Source: Thermoplasmatota archaeon (GTDB taxonomy: Archaea; Thermoplasmatota; E2; JACPAO01; JAHFTW01). Taken from it: a DNA stretch of 40,766 nucleotides. Location: the NCBI GenBank assembly GCA_041618195.1, contig JBFJNL010000002.1, forward strand, positions 1 to 40,766, given 5' to 3'. The notes below the pieces were generated by a model that saw only the letters and a list, made by a program, of their open reading frames with translations, did no database searches and was not told the DNA's origin. Made by a program: the position numbers and the translations under genes. Positions 1 to 7,574 of the stretch are shown in pieces; the stretch's first letter is position 1; each line of letters opens with the position of its first letter.

Positions 1-497
1 ACGTCGCCCCACAATGCGCAGCCATCCGCACGGACGGCAGCCAATGCAGCCATGACGGACGCACGGGCAGCAAGTATTGCGTCGCCCATCAAGGCTACCG
101 CCCCGTGGCCGTCACGCCTGCGACGACGTCGGCCGCCAAGGTCGCGGCCCCCACCAAGATCACGGGCAACGCGACCGTCAAGGCGCACAAGCCGGCCGCC
201 CCTGCCAAGCCGAAGGCCAAGGTCAATTCCCCGAAGCGGGTCACCGCCCGCAAGAAGAAGGCCGCCGTCAAGCCGTCGGTGCCGAAACAGCAGTGCCAGG
301 CCATCACGGCCAGCCAGAAACAGTGCAGCAACGGCTCCCGCGCGACCAGCAAGTACTGTGGCATCCACCGTGCATACCAGCCGGCCGCCACGCTGCCCGC
401 CGGCACGGGCGTCGACACAGCGCCGCGCGCCCAGGGAGCCGTGGACACCAAGCCCGCGGTCCGCAAGGTGTTCCAGAAGCGCTCGAAGAAGGCGTAA
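1..497 (+). CDS. Lys/Ala/Pro-rich basic protein with two C-x9-C-x10-C-x2-H modules (5' end outside window)
   Basis: The frame of nt 3 is open from the window edge to TAA 495-497; track ORF 105..497 is only its GTG-started tail. Module 1 is nt 15-89 (CAAIRTDGSQCSHDGRTGSKYCVAH) and module 2 is nt 294-368 (CQAITASQKQCSNGSRATSKYCGIH). They are joined by a KPKAK/KKKAAVK histone-H1-like linker. No family name recalled. Confidence 0.6.
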   Translation, partial: VAPQCAAIRTDGSQCSHDGRTGSKYCVAHQGYRPVAVTPATTSAAKVAAPTKITGNATVKAHKPAAPAKPKAKVNSPKRVTARKKKAAVKPSVPKQQCQAITASQKQCSNGSRATSKYCGIHRAYQPAATLPAGTGVDTAPRAQGAVDTKPAVRKVFQKRSKKA

Positions 498-541
498 GCG
501 AGACGGGCACCCGACCGTTGCGCCGGTTCTAGCCTCATGCC

Positions 542-829
542 ATGGTCTGGCCCAACAGATACCATGGCATGGGCGCAGATCCATCCGCCTACCAAGTACG
601 CGGCTACACGCTGTACCGGCAGACCCTCGACGGTACCCCTCGGTACGGGCTCTTCCGGCACGCTCCTGATGCCGCCGCCCCCGCGCCATTGCCGAGTCGC
701 CTGCGCGTCGTCTTCGACCAATCGGGGCGACCGTCACTGCGAACAAGACTCGCCCCGCCGGTGCCTGCGGGCAAGTCCATGGGGCCCGTGCCCGCGGGGG
801 CCACCTTCGCCGCCGTGCTTCTCATATAG
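542..829 (+). CDS. Possible small protein (95 aa) with an internal repeat
   Basis: This is the only ORF in the 350-bp gap before ndk with protein-like composition and fairly high third-position GC (hand count about three quarters). RGYTLYRQTLDGTPRYGLFR and SRLRVVFDQSGRPSLRT look like two copies of one motif. No family recognised. Confidence 0.3.
   Translation: MVWPNRYHGMGADPSAYQVRGYTLYRQTLDGTPRYGLFRHAPDAAAPAPLPSRLRVVFDQSGRPSLRTRLAPPVPAGKSMGPVPAGATFAAVLLI
822..829 (+). promoter_or_regulatory. TATA-like box (TCATATAG) upstream of ndk
   Basis: Rare AT-rich octamer in GC-rich DNA, centred about 25 nt upstream of the ndk ATG at 851. This is the spacing expected for a leaderless archaeal transcript. 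Confidence 0.3.
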
Positions 830-850
830 GCAGCCTAAGTCGGCGGCCAC

Positions 851-1303
851 ATGGCCATCGAACAGACCTTCGTCATGATCAAGCCCGACGCCGTCCGCCG
901 CGGACTCGTCGGCCAAATTGTTGCCCGCTTCGAGGCCAAAGGCCTCAAGATCAAGGTCCTGCGCCTTGAGATCCCCGCCGCCGAGACCGTCGAGAAGCAC
1001 TACGAAGTCCACAAGGAACGCCCGTTCTACGGCCCCCTTGTCGAGTACATCAAGACCGGTCCGGTCGTCCCCATGGTCATCGAAGGCGAGAATGCCATCT
1101 CGGTATGCCGCAACCTGATGGGCGCCACCAACCCTGTCGAGGGCCGCCCCGGCGAGATCCGCTTCGACTTCGCCCAGCACATCGGCCGCAACATCATCCA
1201 CGGCAGCGATGCCCCGGAGACCGCCGCCTTCGAGATCGGTCTGTGGTTCCCTGAGGGTGGCTACGACTACGAGAACACCAGCGACGCCTGGCTGTTCGAA
1301 TAA
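851..1303 (+). CDS. ndk: Nucleoside diphosphate kinase
   Basis: Full-length match to the NDK pattern: TFVMIKPDAV, RNxxHGSD active-site His region (GRNIIHGSDA), about 150 aa. Confidence 0.97.
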   Translation: MAIEQTFVMIKPDAVRRGLVGQIVARFEAKGLKIKVLRLEIPAAETVEKHYEVHKERPFYGPLVEYIKTGPVVPMVIEGENAISVCRNLMGATNPVEGRPGEIRFDFAQHIGRNIIHGSDAPETAAFEIGLWFPEGGYDYENTSDAWLFE

Positions 1304-1376
1304 GCGTCAGCGTTTCGAAGCGCCGTGACTCCGGCGTGCCAGCGCCGGACGACTGGCTGTTCGAATAAGCGTCAGC
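1283..1376. repeat. 29-bp direct repeat (1 mismatch) duplicating the ndk 3' end
   Basis: gacgCctggctgttcgaataagcgtcagc at 1283-1311 and gacgActggctgttcgaataagcgtcagc at 1348-1376. The 24-nt core 1288-1311 / 1353-1376 is identical. The copies are 36 nt apart. The first copy contains the last ndk codons, the stop and 8 further nt. Confidence 0.85.
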
Positions 1377-1431
1377 AAGGCATCTGGCCCGCTGGCCCCT
1401 GCGCCCGGCTAGCGAAGCCGCCGCAACGCTC

Positions 1432-2736
1432 ATGCACGAGCGCAGCGGTCGAAGTCCTATGCGCTGGACCGTAGTGATCGCCCTGACCATCCTGATGGCG
1501 GGCTGTGCCGATGTCAACAACAACACTCCCCTAGACTCTGATGGCGACGGCATCCCGGATGACGAGGAGTTGGCCCGCGGCACCGACCCGTTCTCGGTCG
1601 ACGCGCCCGTCTCCGACGTCTACGCCAGCGTCGTCGTGGCGGTCATCGACTCGGCGGTCAACCCGTACCACGAGCACTACCAGACCAACGACACCATCCC
1701 CGACGCCGTCATCGACACGCTCGTCGACGACCAGGGCCGCGTCCCTGTCCGGGTCGAACTGACGCAGAACGGCACCTGGGACGAACGCCGCGAGGCGGAC
1801 GACGCCTTCTGGTCCGACATCGAAGCGGGCCGGGTCTACCACTTCGTCGGCACCCGCCTGCTGGGCGTCTCGTTCGGCGGCAACATCATCGATGGCGGCT
1901 CGCACGGCACCGGCACCACCTCGGCCGTCCTCAACGCCAACCCGGAAGCCATCGTCATGCTGGTCCAAGGCACGGGTGGCGACGCCGCCGAGCAGTTCGC
2001 GGCGACCACGCCTTGGGTCGATATCCTGAGCGAATCCTACGGGTTGTACTGCGGCCAACCGGTGCTGGAACTGCTCCCGGGCAACTCCACCGCCAAGAAC
2101 AACAAGATGGCATATGACAATGGCAAGGTCCCCGTCGGCGCGGCCGACAACACGCCGTGCCCCGCCATGAACGACGGCACCTCCGGCCCGCCGTGGGTCA
2201 TCGGCGTCTCCGGCGACCACCCGGCCGGCGAGAACTCGTGCCGTGAGCCGATCAGCGGTAATTTCCCTGACTTCACAGCCGACTTCACGCAGACCTTGCC
2301 GTACGGCAACAACCTCGACGGCTACAGCACCGTCAGCGGCACCAGCTTCTCCACGCCGACCATGGCAGGCAGCCTCAGCAAGGCGCTGCTGATGGTCCGC
2401 CAGGCCTGGAGCCATGAGGGCGGCATCGTCGACGGGAATCTGGCCATCTCTCCCGACGGTGAGGCGCTCGACGTGGTCGGCCTGCGCCACGCCTTCAACG
2501 TCACCGCCGAATACTTCGGCACCGCGGTGAGCTGTGGTGAGCCCGGCAGTGCCCCGGTCAACCCGGCGGCACCCTGGGTCCAGATGGGCTGGGGCCACGT
2601 GGACGAGACGGTCGGCACCCGCGCTGGCAACGTCCTCCTCGGTGTCGAACCGGCCCCGGTGCGCGACCCCGCCGCAGTCGCCTACATGGAAGGCGTCTAC
2701 GAATACCGGCAGACCGCCTGGTCGGCTGTGACCTGA
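1432..2736 (+). CDS. Secreted/lipid-anchored subtilisin-like serine peptidase (S8 family)
   Basis: Signal peptide with lipobox (LMAGC). Thrombospondin type-3-like Ca repeat DSDGDGIPDDEE. Asp-His-Ser triad motifs in S8 order: VAVIDSAV, GGSHGTGTTS, SGTSFSTPTMAG. Alternative start ATG 1459 (MRWTVV). Confidence 0.9.
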   Translation: MHERSGRSPMRWTVVIALTILMAGCADVNNNTPLDSDGDGIPDDEELARGTDPFSVDAPVSDVYASVVVAVIDSAVNPYHEHYQTNDTIPDAVIDTLVDDQGRVPVRVELTQNGTWDERREADDAFWSDIEAGRVYHFVGTRLLGVSFGGNIIDGGSHGTGTTSAVLNANPEAIVMLVQGTGGDAAEQFAATTPWVDILSESYGLYCGQPVLELLPGNSTAKNNKMAYDNGKVPVGAADNTPCPAMNDGTSGPPWVIGVSGDHPAGENSCREPISGNFPDFTADFTQTLPYGNNLDGYSTVSGTSFSTPTMAGSLSKALLMVRQAWSHEGGIVDGNLAISPDGEALDVVGLRHAFNVTAEYFGTAVSCGEPGSAPVNPAAPWVQMGWGHVDETVGTRAGNVLLGVEPAPVRDPAAVAYMEGVYEYRQTAWSAVT

Positions 2737-3045
2737 AGCACGAAAAGACGCGACCGGCGTGGACGGCCGTGGCCGGGCACTGATCCGCCGCAGGTTCGAC
2801 CACGCCAAAGCAACAGCACCCGGGCCGTGGACGGCCGGCGACGCGCCTACAGTGGCGGGCATCGCGTCGTACACCTACGCGAACGTACGGGGAGAAGGGG
2901 GGGTTCGAGCTCGCACCATCTCCGGAGATGCGGGCGTGGTGCCGACCCATCGGGGCGCTACCCCGGCACGTCGCCATCAAGGGGTTCTCGTCGATGGCGG
3001 CCTAGATCGAACGCCAGGCCGGCTCCGGACACACGTCCGGCGGCT

Positions 3046-3477
3046 CTATGCGGGCAGTGGCAGGTCGCTGTTGAAGGCGTCCAGGATGCAGCGGACGCTG
3101 CCATCCGGCTGCCGGCGGAACACCTCGATGTACTTGCCGACGTCCTCCTGCGGGGCCGCCTCGCCCTCGGGCTGGAAGCCGAGCTTGTAGGTGCCCGTCA
3201 CCCAGCTCACGTCGCCCTCGCCATCGAAACTGGTGATCTCGAACGCGAGGGTCTTGACGCCGAACGCCTTCACCATCGTCTCGTAAGATTCGATGATCGC
3301 CTCGTGGCCGACGGCCTCCGCCATGTGGTTGGGCTGGACCCGGGCGTCCTTGGCGTAAAAGCGCTCGACGAGCCCCTTCACGTCACCGCTCAACATGCTG
3401 TCGCGGTAGTCTTGTTCCATGTGTTCGATGGTCTCTCGGGTGTTCAGTTGTATGGTTCCCATGGTAGGTCCCTCCAT
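3046..3477 (-). CDS. NTF2-like / SnoaL-DUF4440-type protein
   Basis: About 140 aa with the typical layout of ketosteroid-isomerase-like NTF2 fold proteins (YRDSMLSGDVKGLVERFYAKDARV ... GKYIEVFRRQPDGSVRCILDAFNSD). Alternative start at 3462. Confidence 0.7.
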   Translation of the reverse strand: MEGPTMGTIQLNTRETIEHMEQDYRDSMLSGDVKGLVERFYAKDARVQPNHMAEAVGHEAIIESYETMVKAFGVKTLAFEITSFDGEGDVSWVTGTYKLGFQPEGEAAPQEDVGKYIEVFRRQPDGSVRCILDAFNSDLPLPA

Positions 3478-3661
3478 GGTCTAACCCATGGCTTGCCGCG
3501 GGGAAAAGAGCATGGTGGCGGGCTCCCGTCATTGTCGGTCCGTGGCCCCGGGTGCTCTGGGTTCCGGGGCCATTGGGGGTCAACGGGGCGCACCAGCAAC
3601 CTCTCGTGCCGGGACCCTGCGGCGAAGGCGCGTGCGAGGTGGCTGCCCTAGCCCAAACCCC

Positions 3662-3667
3662 TTAAAA
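3662..3667 (+). promoter_or_regulatory. TATA-like box (TTAAAA) upstream of aIF5B
   Basis: The only AT hexamer in the GC-rich upstream region, 22-27 nt before ATG 3689. Confidence 0.35.
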
Positions 3668-3688
3668 CGGGGCCAAGTCGGCCGAGCC

Positions 3689-5749
3689 ATGGCCTTCGAC
3701 GACCGCACGGATGAGGAGAAGCTCGCGGACGAGCTCGCGGCAGAGTTGGAAGCAGAGTTCGCGGACCACTTTGACGACGAAGCGGACGGCGGCACTGACG
3801 ACGACGTCGAGGCCGAACCGGCCCCCGCAGAACTCACGTTGGAAGAGAAGAAGCGGCGCAGCGAAGCCCGCGCCGGCGGCGTCATCGTCCCCAGCCAGGC
3901 TTCCATCGAGCAGGCCAAGGCGGAGGTCGCCAAGGCGGGCCCGGGCAGCGCCGACCAAGCGCTCGCCAAGCTCGAGGCCCGCTCCGAAACATCGTACCAG
4001 CGCCACCCCATCGTGTCGGTCCTGGGCCACGTCGATCACGGCAAGACGAGCATCCTCGACCACATCCGAGGCTCCAAAGTGTTCGACCGTGAGGCGGGCG
4101 CCATCACCCAGCACATCGGGGCCAGTGAGGTCCCGATGGCCACCATCATGGAACGCGCCGGCGTCCTGCTCAAGGGCAAGAACTTCGGCGTGCCCGGCAT
4201 CCTGTGCATCGACACACCGGGTCACCACGCCTTCAGCAGCCTACGCGGCCGTGGCGGCCAATTGGCGGACATCGCGGTCTTGGTCGTCGACATCAACGAG
4301 GGCTTCAAGCCGCAGACGATGGAGTCGCTCAACATCCTCAAGCGCGCCAAGACGCCGTTCATCGTCGCACTCAACAAGGTCGATCGTATCCAGGGCTGGA
4401 AGACGGGCCCGGACGTACCTTTCATCCTCAACGTCAAGAAGCAGGCGCCCGATGTGATCGCCCGTTTCGACGAGAAGTTCTACAGCGTGCTGGGCACCCT
4501 GTTCGAACAAGGTCTGCCGGCCGACCGTTACGACCGCGTCGCCAATTTCACCAAGCAGATCTGCATCGTGCCGACCTGCGCCACCAGCGGTGAAGGCATT
4601 CCCGACCTGCTGGCGATGCTGGTCGGCCTGTCACAGAAGTTCCTGGAACAGCGCCTGGAATCCGACACCGACATGCCGGGCGAAGGCACCATCCTTGAGG
4701 TCAAGGAGGACAAGGGCCTGGGGCAGACGCTCGATGTCGTGCTCTACGCGGGCAGCATCCGCAAGGACGACCGCATCCTGCTCGGCACCCAGGGCGAACC
4801 CATCGAACGCAGCATCCGCGCGTTGCTGAAGCCCAGCCCCAATGACGACATGCGGGACGCTCGCAAGGCCTTCGTCGACGCCGATGAGATCGTCGCCGCC
4901 GCCGGTATCAAACTGGTGTGCACCGACGTCCAGGACGTCGTCAGTGGCGCGCCGCTGCGCGTCATCCGTGACGGCAACGACGAGGAGGCCTGGGCCGCCG
5001 TCGAAGAGGCCAGCCGCATCAACATCCCGCTCAAAGACCACGGGGTCTTCGTCAAGGCCGACACCATCGGCAGCCTGGAAGCCATGGCCGGTGAACTGAC
5101 CGCCATCGGCATCCCCATCCGCAGCGCGTCCGTCGGCGACATCAGCCGCCGGGACGTCATGGGTGCGGCCGCCATGACCGACCCCCTGTACCGTGTCCTA
5201 CTGGGGTTCAACGTCAAGTTGCTGTCCGGCGTCGAGACGGATGCTTCGGAGAAGGAGCTCCCCGTCTTCGTGGACAAGGTCATCTACAGCCTGGTGGAGG
5301 ACTACCAGGAATGGCTGGCCAACAAGAAGGCCGAGATCGACGCCAGCCAACGCAAGACGCGGGTCCACCCGTGCAAATTCCGTTTCCTCGAAGACTGCTC
5401 GTTCCGCCAGCGTGATCCCGCCGTCTTCGGCGTCCGCATCCTGGCGGGCGAACTGCACACCGGTCGTTCCATCATCAAGGATGACGGCCGTGAGATCGGT
5501 AAGATCCGCAGCATCCAGAAGGACGGCGAGACCATCAAGGTCGCCAAGATGGGCGACGAGGTCGCCATCAGCGTTCCGGGCCCGACGCTTGGCCGCCAGA
5601 TCAAGGAAGGGGACATGCTGTACATGGACATCCCGGGCGGCGACGCCAAGTGGCTCTACAATGAGGGGCAGATCAAGCCCGAAGAGCGCGACGTCCTCGA
5701 GGAGCTCATGAAGGTCCGCCGGCAGGTCGACCGCTTCTGGGGGATGTGA
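3689..5749 (+). CDS. infB: Translation initiation factor aIF5B (IF2/eIF5B family GTPase)
   Basis: G-domain motifs GHVDHGKTS, DTPGH, NKVD, plus the domain II-IV pattern of a/eIF5B. The track ORF starts at 3488, but its first 67 codons are Arg/Gly-rich junk. ATG 3689 follows the TATA-like box. There is an acidic extension of about 100 aa N-terminal to the G domain. Confidence 0.95.
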   Translation: MAFDDRTDEEKLADELAAELEAEFADHFDDEADGGTDDDVEAEPAPAELTLEEKKRRSEARAGGVIVPSQASIEQAKAEVAKAGPGSADQALAKLEARSETSYQRHPIVSVLGHVDHGKTSILDHIRGSKVFDREAGAITQHIGASEVPMATIMERAGVLLKGKNFGVPGILCIDTPGHHAFSSLRGRGGQLADIAVLVVDINEGFKPQTMESLNILKRAKTPFIVALNKVDRIQGWKTGPDVPFILNVKKQAPDVIARFDEKFYSVLGTLFEQGLPADRYDRVANFTKQICIVPTCATSGEGIPDLLAMLVGLSQKFLEQRLESDTDMPGEGTILEVKEDKGLGQTLDVVLYAGSIRKDDRILLGTQGEPIERSIRALLKPSPNDDMRDARKAFVDADEIVAAAGIKLVCTDVQDVVSGAPLRVIRDGNDEEAWAAVEEASRINIPLKDHGVFVKADTIGSLEAMAGELTAIGIPIRSASVGDISRRDVMGAAAMTDPLYRVLLGFNVKLLSGVETDASEKELPVFVDKVIYSLVEDYQEWLANKKAEIDASQRKTRVHPCKFRFLEDCSFRQRDPAVFGVRILAGELHTGRSIIKDDGREIGKIRSIQKDGETIKVAKMGDEVAISVPGPTLGRQIKEGDMLYMDIPGGDAKWLYNEGQIKPEERDVLEELMKVRRQVDRFWGM

Positions 5750-5900
5750 GCACAGCGAACATCCGCTTCGTGCGGGTGCGCTTGCGTGCCAGCACGGGGG
5801 GCATGTAGGCGGGCGGCACCGGATTGGCTCTGGAGTGTGCTTCCGGCACGCAGTGTCGGAGGCCCGCTTCTGCGGCATGTCGCGCCGGGCTCGGCGCGGA

Positions 5901-6194
5901 CTAATCGCGCGGCTTGGGGCGCACCGGCCGCTTGACCTTGACGATCATCGCCTCGTCATCGTCCTCGGGCACCGATGCCTTGTCCACGCGGGCCTCGCCC
6001 GGAGCCACCGTCACGCCACCGATCTCAGCCGCCGGGTGCAGGCAGGCATCGCACACCGGGCCCTCACCGTAGACCGGTTCATCGGCCTCGTCATGCTTGG
6101 CTTGGCTATGGCTGCCGCACGGGTGGTAGAGAATGACCCCATACGGCGTGAAAGACCGTCGGCTCACCAGGTGGGACACCATGCGCAAAACCAT
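5901..6194 (-). CDS. Small Cys/His-containing protein with acidic middle and basic tail, unknown function
   Basis: 97-aa ORF directly downstream of tiaS on the same strand. Contains YHPCGSH and CDACLHP motifs (possible Zn site), and ends in KVKRPVRPKPRD. The opposite-strand ORF 5835..6467 is Arg/Ala junk. Alternative start at 6182. Confidence 0.4.
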   Translation of the reverse strand: MVLRMVSHLVSRRSFTPYGVILYHPCGSHSQAKHDEADEPVYGEGPVCDACLHPAAEIGGVTVAPGEARVDKASVPEDDDEAMIVKVKRPVRPKPRD

Positions 6195-6237
6195 CCAGCT
6201 TTGTCTTTGGTCTTAGCCTTGATGGGATGTTTCGCCA

Positions 6238-7557
6238 TTATCGGGCCGCCTCGGGCACCGTCTCCAACAGGAGGGGGCGGTGCAGATGGCGCCTCGCCAT
6301 CACGGGGACTTCGTACCACCCAGTGCGCATCGTCCGGTCCTCGAGCCTGTGCGTCGCGGCTTCCTCGGGGGCGCTGCCGTGGCCGTCTGGGCAGCGATAG
6401 CCGGCCTCCGTGCCTTTGCTCTTCATCGTCTTGTGGCACTGGGGGCACACGGGATTGGCCTCCTTGACGGGGCTGTCGGCGAGGTGGTCGAGGCGCAACC
6501 GCTCAAGCCGGATGGAGCCGTCCGCGGCGCCCACCGCGACGATGCGGTCGCCCGGGCGCAGTGCGCGCACGACGTTACGGAACCGTTTGGTCGGCTCGAA
6601 AGCGACGAGGTCGACGGGATGGCCCAGGGCATCATGGCAGGTCACGGTGGTGCGCCCGCCGCGCAGGTCTTCTGGGTGGCCCGCGACCGTCAGGGCGATC
6701 TCGACGGTGCCCCAGCGCGGGGCGTCGCGTAGCAATGGGATGGCCGTGACGTGGTCGCCGCTGGCTTGGTTGGAGGCGAACATCATCCACCCCTCGGGGC
6801 GTTCAGCGCTGGCCTCCAGCACAGGTAGGCCTTCCTCCACAAGTCGTTCGGGGTCAAGGCCCCGCAGGCCCGCCAGCACGGGGCACGGTGTGTGGGGGAC
6901 GCAGGCCGTTGTGTCGCCGTCGGCACTATGGAATGTGGCGCTGGTGACGTCGAGCGCCCGCAATCCGGCTTCGTCGACGTTGCGCGGCGTGCCTGTGCGC
7001 TTGGCCGCTCGGTAGGCCAGCAGCTCATACGATGTGGCCGGGCCGGCCCAAGCGAGGGCCGCAGCGGCACCGATGAGCCCCCGGCCGTCGCCGAAGACCA
7101 CGCCGTCGATGAGCGCCGTGGCCTCGGCCATCGTGACCTCTGATCGCACCGCCTGCCAATACAGGAGTTCGGGCACCGCTTCGTCGCTGGCCACCAACGC
7201 CGGCATCGCGTCGGGCTGCGCGCGGGCCCGGATGGCCGCCCACATGGGCGCGAGCAGGGCCTTGTCCGCAGCCACGGGGGCCCCCTCGGGGAACGCGTAG
7301 ATGGGCCGGCCGCGCCAGGCACCGACCTGGACCCGGGGGCCGCGTGGGAAGACGAGTTCGAAGGTCACGGCGCCGTTGCCGCGCGTCTTGTGTGGGACGT
7401 TGGGGTTGAGGCGGACCAAGCGGGGCATGGTGCGCAGGACGAGTTCGGGGGCGGCGGCCAGCGCATCGAACACGAGCCGCGTCGTGCAGCCGGCTTCGGC
7501 GCTGTCGGTGTCGTCGAAGGCCACAAGCACAGGAGGCTGCACACCGGCGCCCAACAT
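6238..7557 (-). CDS. tiaS: tRNA(Ile2) 2-agmatinylcytidine synthetase TiaS
   Basis: N-terminal VAFDDTDSAEAGCTT, RLNPNVPHKTRGNGAV, and a C-terminal Zn ribbon CPQCHKTMKSKGTEAGYRCPDGHG. Start set at ATG 7557 (MLGAGVQPP). The track extension to 7887 overlaps dus and is Arg/Pro-rich. Confidence 0.9.
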   Translation of the reverse strand: MLGAGVQPPVLVAFDDTDSAEAGCTTRLVFDALAAAPELVLRTMPRLVRLNPNVPHKTRGNGAVTFELVFPRGPRVQVGAWRGRPIYAFPEGAPVAADKALLAPMWAAIRARAQPDAMPALVASDEAVPELLYWQAVRSEVTMAEATALIDGVVFGDGRGLIGAAAALAWAGPATSYELLAYRAAKRTGTPRNVDEAGLRALDVTSATFHSADGDTTACVPHTPCPVLAGLRGLDPERLVEEGLPVLEASAERPEGWMMFASNQASGDHVTAIPLLRDAPRWGTVEIALTVAGHPEDLRGGRTTVTCHDALGHPVDLVAFEPTKRFRNVVRALRPGDRIVAVGAADGSIRLERLRLDHLADSPVKEANPVCPQCHKTMKSKGTEAGYRCPDGHGSAPEEAATHRLEDRTMRTGWYEVPVMARRHLHRPLLLETVPEAAR

Positions 7558-7574
7558 GAGTCTGTGCCTGGGGT

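Noticed and set aside
1531-2874. Long antisense ORFs opposite well-supported genes. Examples: 1531..2874(-), 13318..14505(+), 16114..17766(+), 21473..22792(-), 24563..25576(-), 25057..26022(-), 31675..32742(-), 33936..35684(+), 37248..38159(-).
   Set aside because: Their translations are Arg/Gly/Ala/Pro/Asp-rich with no recognisable motifs, and each lies opposite a gene with clear family signatures. This is the typical stop-codon-poor shadow frame of high-GC DNA.
2895-2925. tRNA-like T-loop string GGGTTCGAGCTCGCACCA.
   Set aside because: The flanking bases cannot form a 5-bp T stem or a 7-bp acceptor stem on either strand, and there are no D-arm or anticodon-arm partners. It is not a tRNA.
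2737-3045. SRP RNA or RNase P RNA in the 309-bp gap (size would fit 7S RNA).
   Set aside because: The conserved helix-8 CCGGAAGG-type motif and the RNase P GGAAAGTCC / ACAGAA-type motifs are absent on both strands. It is kept only as a generic candidate structured RNA.
3544-3571. Hairpin GGCCCCGG-N12-CCGGGGCC in the divergent region upstream of aIF5B as a regulatory RNA element.
   Set aside because: It is a single 8-bp GC stem in GC-rich DNA and lies upstream of the putative TATA box, so it is probably not transcribed with infB. The evidence is insufficient.
3488-3688. Upstream extension of the aIF5B ORF (track start 3488).
   Set aside because: The extra 67 codons are Arg/Gly-rich junk. They run through the divergent promoter region and across the TATA-like box at 3662-3667. 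ATG 3689 gives a sensible N-terminus.
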